DNA from: Candidatus Melainabacteria bacterium 17Bon1m
GTDB lineage: Bacteria > Cyanobacteriota > Vampirovibrionia > Obscuribacterales > Obscuribacteraceae
DNA length: 37,016 bases
Assembly (NCBI GenBank): GCA_032128875.1
Contig: JAVLKG010000021.1
Span: 1-37,016 of the forward strand
Direction: 5' to 3'
Below, in pieces: positions 19,101 through 28,109 of this stretch. The stretch's first letter is position 1. Each line of letters opens with the position of its first letter. A program made the position numbers and the translations under genes. The notes under the pieces are model-generated. The model did no database searches and was not told the origin of the DNA. It saw nothing but the letters and a program-made list of their open reading frames with translations.

Positions 19101-22100
19101 AAGGCTTACTGGTATCAATTCTGATGGCTTGTCAGGCGCGGCAATCAACATCTCTATGAACAGTGCCCAGGCCTTCACCGTTGGCGGTGGTGTTTCTTCT
19201 AACGGAGTTGAAACAACAATTAGCGCGAATGCTGGTGCAGTTGGAAATGGCGCATCCCTTTCAATAACTAATTTGGGAACCGGAGGAATAGTTTTAACCA
19301 CTCCGCCTTCGATGAGTGTCACTGATGGCAATGGAATTACTTTACGTCTCAATGCCGGTTCTGGTTTGCTTAATGTTGCAAGCTTAGGTTCTATAGACGC
19401 GAGCGGAGTAGGAACAAACAAAGCTGCAGGAACTATTGAACTTATCGGTGGTTCACTAATTCGAACGAGTGGCAATCTTTCACTGACAGCAAATTCGACT
19501 GGCAGCGGTGCTGGCGGAAAAATTTTCCTTCGAAACGATGGTGCAGACGATATTCTCCTCGGTACAGGAGCTGGACAGATTGCAGTATCTGCCTCAGGAA
19601 GTGGGAGCGTAATTGATTTCGAGACTTCTGGATCGATTTCCGTACTTTCGACTAATCCTCTTAGTGCAGCGAGTATTTCGCTGAAAGCTGGCACTGGCGA
19701 TTTACTGCTAGATTCCTCCATCACCGCTAATGATTTGACAATCACTGCACCTGGAATGGTTTCGTTGCTTCAGAGTATCAGCACTAATGGCGACGTGACG
19801 ATAAACTGTTCGGGCTTGACCCTGAATGCAATCTCTGTAACGGCTTCGAATATTTTTGTATCAAGCCCATTCAACAGTTCTTTTACGTTGGATGGTGGTG
19901 CTGGTTCCACTCTGACTGCTGCAGTTGGCGGACAGGTGAGGGTGTTTGCCGATAGTGGTGATTTGACTCTTTTGGGAAACACAACTTATACGAGGAACGC
20001 AATACTTCAAGCATCTGGACTAGACCAATCTATTGTTGCTGCGGCTGGATCAAGCTCGATTGCATTGTCCAGCTCATACTTGCTGACCAATTCGCTTAGT
20101 GGTAGTGGGAGTTTTGTCACCATTGGATCTACATGGACTCTGGCTAATGGTGGTATGTACGCGAACAGCAATGCAGATGTAGTTGTAAGTGGACACTTGT
20201 CTTTTGCTGGTGCTGACTTCGCAATCATCTCGGGTCGGAGCATAAACCTCACGGGCGCAATAATCGATTTGTCCGGAGACGTTAATGGTGGAAGTCTAAC
20301 ACTGCTTGCTGGATATGATTTCACACCCAGCACCGTAGGCACTGTTTTTGATCGAACAACCACATACACACAATTTATTCCGAACGCGACTGGGGGATCG
20401 ATAGTCGGCGGTGCGAGTATAAGCACTACGGGAGGCACTGGAAGTGGCGGGAACGTCTATGCGTGTGCAAATAAAGGCTCCATCACGCTTGGTAGCATTG
20501 ATACGACCGGAGCAATAACCGGCGGAAAGGTTGTAATTATCGCCAACAATGGAATCGATCTCAGTTCTGGCACGATTACTTCTACCGGAGGGACAGCTTC
20601 TGGAAATGTGACTCTCGGAGTTGCAAGTGCAAGTTTTCCTGTTAGCTCAACCATTCAGAACGGTGTCTTCAGTGCAATTCCTACAATTTCAACATTTACC
20701 GCTGGGAATTTGAAAGTTGGTTCTATAGTTGCTGGTCAAGGCACAGTGCAGTTGATAGGCGGGAATTCTATAAGCAATTCTATAAGTGCGATAGGCACGA
20801 TCACGGGTTCAATGCTGGACGTCACCTTGAGCTCTGGTGTGGCTACGCTCAGCACTTCTGTCTCAAACATATCCGCCAGTGGAATCGGCAGTTTGACAAT
20901 TACAAATAACGCTGATGTTTCTACTGCTACTTTTTCTGGTTCTCTCACTGCAAGTATAGACAACGGCACAAGTGCTTTTAGTTCTGTCAGCGGAAGCTTG
21001 CAAGCTCTGACAATTAAGAGCTCCGAATTGAGCTGCAGTAACCTCAGTGTCGTCGGTCCGGTAAACATAACTACCGTTGGAACCGGTACCGTCAGCGGAG
21101 TTCTGAATATTTCCTCGAATGCGGAATTAACGATAGTCGCATCAAACAATGTTGGAGTTGACTCGAATAATAGATTTTCAACTAATGCACGCAACATAGG
21201 AATCACTGCGGGTGGATCGGTTTTCTTATCGAGCACAAATAGCCAGGATGTTTCTTTCAGAACAACATCCGTCGCAAGCACGTTTGATTTGCTGTCGAGT
21301 AAGTCCGTTTCGACAAGTGGAAGTCTTTCCGCGAACGATATTGTCATCAATGTTATCGATGGTGGGGTCGGCACTTCTGAGTCGCCGTTTCAGATTGCAA
21401 ACGGTGGAAACGCCATGACTGCCTCATTTGTAACGGGTAACTACGATGTAAATGTCATTCACAGCGATAATGGCGTTTTGACACTAGGGACTTCGTCAGG
21501 ATACAAACTGAATCTAACATCAACTACTGCTCAAGTCTCCACCTCAGGAGATTCAAGTTTTGCCGACGACATTACGATTATCACAAATCATTTTGTCAAT
21601 CAGAACAGGCTCATTTCCTCATCTGGTGATATCAGCATTAAAAGCTTGGCAGCAAGTGCTCTAACTTTGGATGGTGGCTCTGGCGGAGCTTTTTCGGCTG
21701 AGAATGGAACAATCAAAGTGACAGCAGCAGCGGGGGTATTGACACTATCAGGTAAAACTACCTATGAAACTACAGCTCGGCTCATAGCTTCTGAGCAAGG
21801 TCAAAGCATCAATCTCTTGAATGGATCCGAGTCTATTGCTCTAGCGCCGTCTTTTCTCTTCACCGGCACTCTGTCTGGTAACGGTACTTTGACGACAGTT
21901 GCGCCGGCTCCTAATCCAACTTGGAGCATCATTAATCAAGGTAGTTTCGTAAACAGTGGTGGAGACATTTCACTTTCTGGAAATTTGAACTTCAGTAATC
22001 TCGCAATAGTTGCCAGTCACAATATTGACCTAACTGGAGCAGTAATTAATCTGAGCGGCGGAAGTCTGACACTGATTGCAGGATTTAGATGTTCTTTGAG

Positions 22101-25100
22101 CACCAGTGGCAATACAGTATTCGACTCTTCCACTATTCTTCACTCGTTTACGCCAACTTCTGGAGGGTCAATTCTTGGTTCAGCAACCATCAATACGTCG
22201 AACTCTTTAGGTAGCGGCGGAAACGTTCTCGCGCTCGCTAATAACGGATCAATCGTTCTTGGTTCTATCAATACTGGAGGAACCGTGAATGGAGGAGGTG
22301 TCACGTTGTTGGCATCTTCGATTCAGACCGGCGCCATCTCTACCATCGGAGATTCGGGATTTTCCGGAGCCGTGAGGATCGAAACCGTGAATCCCACATT
22401 GCCCAGTGGAAATGGCTTTCAAATTCAGGACGGGAAGGTAATAACAGGAGCTGGTTCAGTCGGCATCGGTACAATTGCAGTAGGTAGAACTATTTCGGTC
22501 ACCTCTGTCGATGCTGGAAATTCAAGCGCAAATATTTCTGCGCAAGAGGGAACAGTAATTCTGCAATCCATCACTGCAAAGGACATTAACCTTTCCGCGC
22601 AAGAGCTCACGTTAGGTGTTGGTACTGTTGCTGCTGGAGTTGATGAGAGTGGAAATGCAGGAAGGCTATCGATAACAGCGAGCAGAATTAATACGCCAGG
22701 CAACCATTTGATACTGGAAGCTGTTGGACAGGATGATGGAAATGGTGGCGTTATCGACTTCACCAGCGGTGCTCCTTCAATTGTATTTTCTCAGGCCGGT
22801 GACGTCGAGTTTCATGTTGGTTCTCTAGGCGGAGGAAATGGTGGAAGCGTAAATGTCAATGCTCAAAATATTGTAATTGGTGAGAATGCAGTTTCAGGCG
22901 CTACTACAAAAGGCTCAAGTAGTGTTTCATTTTCAGCCTATAGCAACCTTACACTCAACTCGTCGGCGTTCGATATCCATGGAGCTGATGGACATGGAGC
23001 GCATATCGGGCTAAAGGTTGTGCAGGCAAACGGAACTTTGACCTTGAACGACACCACTTTCATTGACTTAGCAAACGGAACCGGAAGTGATGGAGATGGT
23101 GGCGCGATAAGTTTAGACGCAGCGAACATTGCTTTTGCGAATTCTCAACAAAGTCCACTTGCACTTACTGCGCTTGGAAGTGGCACCGGTAATGGTGGCT
23201 CGATATCTTTCGTAACTCGAAGCCCTTCAAAAATGTATGTCGGCACTGTGGATGGAAAACCATCGAAGACAGCTGGTACTTATATAACACTGGATGCGAG
23301 TAGCGGAGTAGGTGGTGGCAATGGGGGCTCTCTTAACGTGCAGACGGGAGGGACCTTAAGTGTAAATATGAGTGGTGCAAATGCAGCTGCACGGTCTTCT
23401 TCAGGAAACTGGAATGGAGCGTCGTACACTTTTGTAAGCGGTAGAACCTCTACGTCTAAGGGCAGCCCGTTGCTCATCACTGGAAATGTGGATGCAAGTG
23501 GTGTTAATTCTGGACACGCAGGTTCGATCGTCTTGTCTAGTGCATCTACAACTGCGTTCTCGATAAATGCGCCCAAAACCACTCAAAATGGGGTTTCAGG
23601 TTACGTCAGGGCATTCGACACAGTCGATACCACCGGAATCATCAGCATAACAAACGAGCTCGGCGGTGTTCTTTTAGGACAACCTGCTGCAATTGGCACT
23701 TCTGGAACCCTCAACATATCAGCAGGTGGACGCGGATCGATTACGCAGACGAGTGCAAAGTCCAATCCTGTATCGCCACTTCCTAGCGTGTATGCGCAAG
23801 CAAATAGGATGAACTTAAACACGCAGACCGGTTCGATTGGAGGAAACGTTCCTCTCTCAATCGCTGCCAGTTATGTTTCTGCCACATCTCAAGGATCAGT
23901 AAACATCACAGATGGGATTAACGCAGTTGTTGTTCTTGAAGATTCACAGGCCGTCAAAGGATTCACTTTTAATCGCACTTCGCAGCTTGCCCAAGATACG
24001 ATTTTAAATAACATTTCTTGCTACGATGGCTCGATATTGGTCCGGACCAATGGCGCAAAACTTTCAGTTACCGACAGCAAGATAATTAGTGCTTCTGATG
24101 GTGCAGTGGCTCTCATAAACACAGGTGCCTCCACAAGCGATCAAATCATCATTGGCAGTGACGCCATTGTAAGAACTACAGGGAGAGGTAAGCAGGTTAG
24201 CATTATAGTTGGCACGAATTTTGTTCCAAAGGTTGGAACTAATCCTTATCCGACGAATATCGCACCTTCCGGCGTCATTGCAAGTGCGACACCGCGCAAC
24301 GTAATTTATTTTGGAAATCCAGGTGTTGTAACCGTTCCCATCGGAACCGCAACTGTGAACGCTAAAAATGTCAACGTGCTGTTTTCTGGCACTAGTGCTG
24401 GTCAAATCAAACTTGGTAATGGTGCCTTTATCGAAGCAGATCCGCCGTCGTCTGCTGGATCTCAGAGTGTTAGCGGTCTAATGCCGACGCTGGAAAGCGG
24501 AACAACGACGAACTTGTCAATTAGCTCCTCTCCAGCAGTTGAAGGTATTCCATTTGTTAATAAGTCTAGTTTGCAGTATCCATCGCAATTCCAAAACGTG
24601 TCTTTGCTGACTGCAAGCAGTCTTTCTTCAATGGTTGCTAATACTCTATCCCTTCAATCTGGACTTACGCGGTCCGATATAGGAATGTATTCAGGCGATA
24701 GCGTCGATGATGATTCATATGTTGTAGGAAGCTGTAACACTTCTAACGAGATTGACGCTGCTGTTCGCAGTGATGCAATTGTTCTTAGCAGCGGGGAGAT
24801 CTTTGGTGGCAGTATTTCACAAAGTAGTCGGTACGCCAGTAGTGAGCTTACCGAGACATTGAGCTCGAAGGACGGACCTGTTCTTTTTGTTCCAACAAAG
24901 GATACGGCGATAGAAACTCCATTCGGAATCGTCAAGATCAGCGGCAATTCAATTGCTCTGGTGTCGGTTTCAAGCGCGGGACTTTCTGTATTCGATTTAG
25001 ACGATCAGCACAAAGGCTCCGTCTCAGTAGAATCTAACGGTCACAATGTTGTTCTCTCTCCTGGTCGGCATGTGCTGATTACGCCGCACCATAGGGCTGA

Positions 25101-25374
25101 GTTTGCGCAACTGAATCCGATCGAAACTATTGCGCACCGAGCTTTGTCGAGCAGTGTCAAAAATGGACATCGTGCGCACATGTCTGAGTTTTCCGTTTTG
25201 TCGGCGATTGATTCTGTCAAGCCTTTGAAGGCATTGGCGGCTTCAAGTCATCCGAATGCACGCAAGATTTCGGGACGGATGTTGAAGACGACCGCAATCT
25301 TGATGCAGCTCGGGGGAGCTCGTGAGCAGTATCAGCATTACTTCAGACCTCATATGACAGCGATGCAGAAATAG
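16192..25374 (+). CDS. Giant secreted filamentous-haemagglutinin-like beta-helical repeat protein (3060 aa), paralog of 926-15823
   Basis: Uninterrupted ORF with a Sec-like signal (MPKKSLRKK...APASA|GN). A 194-aa ungapped N-terminal block is about 62% identical to the upstream paralog by manual count. Same C-terminal domain, ending QYQHYFRPHMTAMQK. Confidence 0.9.
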   Translation: MPKKSLRKKLGRVTVFSKVGLAMAGSILLQSAPASAGNPDFPGGRGAAFRDFKQANDGLSGKQLNQLFKVHWADMRNSAQAVAQPVFEQNANNLSHGPNVVNTNLNNLQNLSNLPNQVGATKQELNQQFKLERQAQKLEHQALKQELREAKQNINTVQQISADRFIRGNGGFSLDLSSAVENITLGDKLFQNESSITISIGGESKTLSAGSKVTAAEYIAAKQVLATGGQKVGLDSNGRAVSGSIDLNELTPGDKTMKVRDFVVPENVSAAGDFSKNGDIRITGDLINSGTIQAFSSDNKITTATISADNITNNSNASITSDLNQSARDLGGVVSNLGLNLRADDVLSNYGSITSSGDLTLSAGKTLNNSGSAIAQNNLNLQAPKIVNSGRVESIAANVNLDSSTLSSLNVNNFGGTITALDGAINIRSSEYQERFDTLVSGGDLLSKELNVYTGGGTADVFVNALTGIVNTSGTAAHVSANTEELILGTQCLVGDPTYYNTGNIVLGGDIFVNETLAIIAGGSITTNQSDLQINSGGHDISIIAGANVHTGSGEIGPGALPSQIGTPNHNANSPVSFTGQSVSGGNIDLRVAGGRLDIVSGGGDVLLAAYGGEVRTDLGAIISASGSGSSNNGNITVIGSTGVTIGNLNTYAGTGTSAGTGNVSVYAAQPTFSSGGSITFGTNGSITSGNRIVASDTITPTGAVEICNARYTGDLTVKAGGDVIMPIFHIPSSRSNISVSSLNGDIYTHGGSLARSYLLTAGGNIWIRNSFIAPGGIVMIAGRDIASYASGFPKFDASNASGNGGNITLIAGANYSPGSIQNIVGKSATGGSIRLNEVVNMIEKFDNHGGGVNASGGEINLIAYGGVVNVYPTANAILTNGTGSGSSGKVTIISEGLNLRGVDQSGTANGAVRIYNMTLLSSISLTTNSSTSSFGSASFTPFGTFSSANVSAGRMTGVQNLQILTGGNLRLTGINSDGLSGAAINISMNSAQAFTVGGGVSSNGVETTISANAGAVGNGASLSITNLGTGGIVLTTPPSMSVTDGNGITLRLNAGSGLLNVASLGSIDASGVGTNKAAGTIELIGGSLIRTSGNLSLTANSTGSGAGGKIFLRNDGADDILLGTGAGQIAVSASGSGSVIDFETSGSISVLSTNPLSAASISLKAGTGDLLLDSSITANDLTITAPGMVSLLQSISTNGDVTINCSGLTLNAISVTASNIFVSSPFNSSFTLDGGAGSTLTAAVGGQVRVFADSGDLTLLGNTTYTRNAILQASGLDQSIVAAAGSSSIALSSSYLLTNSLSGSGSFVTIGSTWTLANGGMYANSNADVVVSGHLSFAGADFAIISGRSINLTGAIIDLSGDVNGGSLTLLAGYDFTPSTVGTVFDRTTTYTQFIPNATGGSIVGGASISTTGGTGSGGNVYACANKGSITLGSIDTTGAITGGKVVIIANNGIDLSSGTITSTGGTASGNVTLGVASASFPVSSTIQNGVFSAIPTISTFTAGNLKVGSIVAGQGTVQLIGGNSISNSISAIGTITGSMLDVTLSSGVATLSTSVSNISASGIGSLTITNNADVSTATFSGSLTASIDNGTSAFSSVSGSLQALTIKSSELSCSNLSVVGPVNITTVGTGTVSGVLNISSNAELTIVASNNVGVDSNNRFSTNARNIGITAGGSVFLSSTNSQDVSFRTTSVASTFDLLSSKSVSTSGSLSANDIVINVIDGGVGTSESPFQIANGGNAMTASFVTGNYDVNVIHSDNGVLTLGTSSGYKLNLTSTTAQVSTSGDSSFADDITIITNHFVNQNRLISSSGDISIKSLAASALTLDGGSGGAFSAENGTIKVTAAAGVLTLSGKTTYETTARLIASEQGQSINLLNGSESIALAPSFLFTGTLSGNGTLTTVAPAPNPTWSIINQGSFVNSGGDISLSGNLNFSNLAIVASHNIDLTGAVINLSGGSLTLIAGFRCSLSTSGNTVFDSSTILHSFTPTSGGSILGSATINTSNSLGSGGNVLALANNGSIVLGSINTGGTVNGGGVTLLASSIQTGAISTIGDSGFSGAVRIETVNPTLPSGNGFQIQDGKVITGAGSVGIGTIAVGRTISVTSVDAGNSSANISAQEGTVILQSITAKDINLSAQELTLGVGTVAAGVDESGNAGRLSITASRINTPGNHLILEAVGQDDGNGGVIDFTSGAPSIVFSQAGDVEFHVGSLGGGNGGSVNVNAQNIVIGENAVSGATTKGSSSVSFSAYSNLTLNSSAFDIHGADGHGAHIGLKVVQANGTLTLNDTTFIDLANGTGSDGDGGAISLDAANIAFANSQQSPLALTALGSGTGNGGSISFVTRSPSKMYVGTVDGKPSKTAGTYITLDASSGVGGGNGGSLNVQTGGTLSVNMSGANAAARSSSGNWNGASYTFVSGRTSTSKGSPLLITGNVDASGVNSGHAGSIVLSSASTTAFSINAPKTTQNGVSGYVRAFDTVDTTGIISITNELGGVLLGQPAAIGTSGTLNISAGGRGSITQTSAKSNPVSPLPSVYAQANRMNLNTQTGSIGGNVPLSIAASYVSATSQGSVNITDGINAVVVLEDSQAVKGFTFNRTSQLAQDTILNNISCYDGSILVRTNGAKLSVTDSKIISASDGAVALINTGASTSDQIIIGSDAIVRTTGRGKQVSIIVGTNFVPKVGTNPYPTNIAPSGVIASATPRNVIYFGNPGVVTVPIGTATVNAKNVNVLFSGTSAGQIKLGNGAFIEADPPSSAGSQSVSGLMPTLESGTTTNLSISSSPAVEGIPFVNKSSLQYPSQFQNVSLLTASSLSSMVANTLSLQSGLTRSDIGMYSGDSVDDDSYVVGSCNTSNEIDAAVRSDAIVLSSGEIFGGSISQSSRYASSELTETLSSKDGPVLFVPTKDTAIETPFGIVKISGNSIALVSVSSAGLSVFDLDDQHKGSVSVESNGHNVVLSPGRHVLITPHHRAEFAQLNPIETIAHRALSSSVKNGHRAHMSEFSVLSAIDSVKPLKALAASSHPNARKISGRMLKTTAILMQLGGAREQYQHYFRPHMTAMQK

Positions 25375-25377
25375 TGC

Positions 25378-25401
25378 GGGCGGCATTTATGCCGCCCCTC
25401 C
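25378..25401 (-). repeat. GGAG-tagged REP-like palindrome just after the stop codon
   Basis: The minus strand reads GGAG-GGGCGGCAT-AA-ATGCCGCCC, a perfect 9-bp stem with no U-tract. Confidence 0.65.
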
Positions 25402-25549
25402 AGAGACTGTGCAATGACGGAAGGGATATAAATTTCCGTTGGCGATTTTAGCTTGCAGGTTGTCCTCAAATTCTGGGAAAATAGAATTCTCTATTGAGGC
25501 CGAGGCGCTGTTGGAAGAGGGAAAAGAAGATACGCTTGAGCACGTCAAG

Positions 25550-26614
25550 ATGGCGGACAACGAATTGGTTGTCGAGCGGTCCGAGATTGCCAGCGCGTCT
25601 GCGCAAATAGAATCATCGCAACTTCACGAAAAGCCAGGTGACTGGATCACCATGCCTGTCGAACCCAAATCGCCGTGGCATGTTATTCGCTCTCTAATTA
25701 GTTTCAGCTGGTGGCGAAACGCTGGCATCGCGTCGATCGAGTATGCACCGTTCTGTTTGATCCCTGCCACTTTTACTGCTCTCTCCGGAGCGGTGGTCAA
25801 CATCGCAATGATGGTTGGCTTCGAACCATTGCGCCACAACCCTGTCGAATTTGCAGCCTTGATTTTGGTTTTTGCAACGCTGCTTCTCGGCTGTTTGCTC
25901 GGTGTCGCATTCATGATTCTTGGTTTTGGCGGCTGGCTGGTACGGCTTGGCGCGTATTCAATAGCCCTTGTGAAAGCGCCATCCATCAAGTATTTGGCTG
26001 AGTTGTCTAAAGACGAACGCAAGGCATGGTTCAAAACTGCTCTGGTTGAAGTGGAACCTTTGAAGATTCACATCGGCGCTGTTTTGCTCTGGGTGACTGC
26101 TTACATGGTTTTTCCGCTCATTATTGTCGCGGGCTGCACCATGGTCAAAATTATTACCATGCCCGTATTCATGGGAGCGATGGCAATCAAGTTGCCTGCA
26201 TGGATTGATTTTGCATGCGCTTTTGCTATTGTGCCGAACATTTTGTTTCTCGTGATTTATTCTTTCGTCTCTCTCATTGTTTCGGCTTGCTCTCCGTTAA
26301 AACCACAAAGAGCTGCGACCTTTGCATTTAAGTTGTCGTGGAAGTTCTTCTGGCCGTTGGCGATTGTTTCTGCACTATTTGCTGTCCTTAGTTTTGCGCT
26401 AGGTGCGCCAAGTGATTTATTGCAAATGGCGACCGTGGAAAAGACATTGGCGCAGTATGATCCGACAGCAAAGACGATTTCTCATGTCTGGTCTAGCTTT
26501 CTGAGTGTGATTCTTTTTCCGCTTAGCTTTGTACCGATATGTGATGTTCTGCGCCCCCAGTTGAGAGACGATCTGCTGGCGAGGAGATTAGTTGAGTCGA
26601 GGGAAAAGCCGTGA
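25550..26614 (+). CDS. Polytopic integral membrane protein of unknown function
   Basis: About 6-7 long hydrophobic segments. The start is uncertain (ORF open from 25439; TTG 25511 or ATG 25550). The stop overlaps the next start (GTGA, 26611-26614). Confidence 0.8.
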   Translation: MADNELVVERSEIASASAQIESSQLHEKPGDWITMPVEPKSPWHVIRSLISFSWWRNAGIASIEYAPFCLIPATFTALSGAVVNIAMMVGFEPLRHNPVEFAALILVFATLLLGCLLGVAFMILGFGGWLVRLGAYSIALVKAPSIKYLAELSKDERKAWFKTALVEVEPLKIHIGAVLLWVTAYMVFPLIIVAGCTMVKIITMPVFMGAMAIKLPAWIDFACAFAIVPNILFLVIYSFVSLIVSACSPLKPQRAATFAFKLSWKFFWPLAIVSALFAVLSFALGAPSDLLQMATVEKTLAQYDPTAKTISHVWSSFLSVILFPLSFVPICDVLRPQLRDDLLARRLVESREKP

Positions 26615-27744
26615 CATCCGACTTCGTAAGAACAGTAAATTCACCAAACGGCGAGATAGCCGATCTTCTCGCTTCTCTCTCTGGTCGTAAGGGCAAAGGC
26701 GCTTTTTTTCTATGTGTGGCGTCGAGCGAAAGCAGTGATATCGAGGGAATTTCAGCAGCAGGAGCTTCACCAGAATTGCGTCGCTTCACGCCTTCTATCG
26801 ATGCGGAGGCTCTTGTTACGGGTAGCCCCGCGGGTGGTGCAGAGCTTCCTGTGTCGCCAACAGGTGTGGTGTCACCGGTGGTGATCACGAGAGCTTGTAC
26901 GGAATTGGCAGGGTTTGGCATAACTGTTGTAGATTGTGGAACATTCAAAACTCCTGATCTTCCCGATGTGAAGCGCATCGGGAAAGGTGGTGCGAAGTGT
27001 GTTTCGACAGGATTTGCGCAAAATTATGAAGATGTGCGAGAACTTTTTTACGCTGGTTTGGAGATTGGCGGACAGGTCTCTGATGATGTTGAGTATTTGA
27101 TCATGGGCGAATGCGTCCCTGCAGGTACAACAACCGCATTGGGTGTTCTTACTGCGCTTGGAGTCAACGCTGTAGGTTTGGTATCCAGCAGCTTGCAGCA
27201 TACCGATCATGGAACAAAAGGACGATTAGTATCTGAAGGACTTAAGGCTGCGTCGCTTACTCTCGCGGAAATTCAAGAACTTCCTCTCAAAGCAGTTTCT
27301 GCAGTCGGTGATCCAATGCAACCTTTTGTCGCCGGTCTTGCGCTCGCTGCGTCCACGAAAATCCCTGTCATTCTCGGGGGTGGTTCGCAAATGCTTGCTG
27401 TTTTTGCCCTCGCGCAAAGTCTGCTCAAGAGCGACATGAAAGTACTTGATAGATCGCAAGAACACAGAATTTCGGTGATAACTACCAAATGGGTTGTGGA
27501 CGACAAAACCGCAAACGTTGGTGAATTAGCGCGCATGGTTGGAGCGCCGTTTGCATGCGCATGTCCCAACTTCCGTCTGTCACGGCATGAAGGTCTGCGC
27601 AGCTACGAAGATGGCAACGTGAAGGAAGGAGTCGCGGCAGGAGCTTCTATGGTAGCTGCTCACATCGCTGGCGGCGCAACTCCGGATGAGATTGTCGCGG
27701 CCATTGATCGGACTTATGACGAGATGGTTCCGTCTAGAGTTTAA
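26611..27744 (+). CDS. cobT: Nicotinate-nucleotide--dimethylbenzimidazole phosphoribosyltransferase, cyanobacterial/archaeal type
   Basis: Family motifs GISAAG...RRFTP.IDAE.L, GECVPAGTTTA, VGDPMQ, GGGSQM and YEDGNVKEGVAAG. Confidence 0.88.
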   Translation: MTSDFVRTVNSPNGEIADLLASLSGRKGKGAFFLCVASSESSDIEGISAAGASPELRRFTPSIDAEALVTGSPAGGAELPVSPTGVVSPVVITRACTELAGFGITVVDCGTFKTPDLPDVKRIGKGGAKCVSTGFAQNYEDVRELFYAGLEIGGQVSDDVEYLIMGECVPAGTTTALGVLTALGVNAVGLVSSSLQHTDHGTKGRLVSEGLKAASLTLAEIQELPLKAVSAVGDPMQPFVAGLALAASTKIPVILGGGSQMLAVFALAQSLLKSDMKVLDRSQEHRISVITTKWVVDDKTANVGELARMVGAPFACACPNFRLSRHEGLRSYEDGNVKEGVAAGASMVAAHIAGGATPDEIVAAIDRTYDEMVPSRV

Positions 27745-27806
27745 TAAGAAGTGCGTTCAAGAAGAAAACATTTCTCTGCGCTTTGGCGCATGGATGGCGG
27801 CACTGC

Positions 27807-27958
27807 ATTTCGCTCCAAGCATGCTAATCATAAATAGTAAGGTGACACCACAGACGGTTCCGGGCTCCAAGCACCCCTCTCAAATACCGTCACCGTCTGC
27901 AGTGTCACTTGTCTTGTGCTTCCTGATGACAAAATGATATTTGATGGGTGTGCGAAAT
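27807..27958 (-). ncRNA. Candidate structured RNA: long rod with a central bubble, 6S-like topology; family not identified
   Basis: A 17-bp helix (27842-27858 with 27892-27908) plus inner and outer stems. Five C/A mismatches on the + strand are G-U pairs on the - strand. Confidence 0.45.
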
Positions 27959-28015
27959 TGACTGTGGAATTGCACAGTTGTAGGTTAGTTAGTTGAAACC
28001 TGTGATTGAATGGCC

Positions 28016-28101
28016 GGAGCGCCGGCATCTTGGCGGCTAGATGCTGGCGTCGGCGAGCCGCCGACGCACCAAAAGCGGTCGACGCATGGCGTCGACGCTG
28101 C
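28016..28101. repeat. Cluster of REP-like palindromes between convergent genes
   Basis: GGAGC-GCCGGCA-TCT-TGGCGGC (+, 28016-28037); GGTGC-GTCGGCG-GCT-CGCCGAC (-, 28049-28070); GCAGC-GTCGACGC-CAT-GCGTCGAC (-, 28078-28101). Confidence 0.75.
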
Positions 28102-28109
28102 AGATAACT

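Noticed and set aside
893-24947. Dozens of minus-strand ORFs (up to 320 aa) within the giant genes
   Set aside because: They are Pro/Val/Thr-rich shadows of Gly/Thr/Asn codon usage, lie antisense to long real ORFs, and show no family motifs.
926-25374. Classification as CdiA toxin, RTX adhesin or autotransporter
   Set aside because: No VENN motif, variable toxin tip or immunity ORF; the C-termini are conserved rather than polymorphic; no GGxGxD nonapeptide arrays; no terminal barrel signature.
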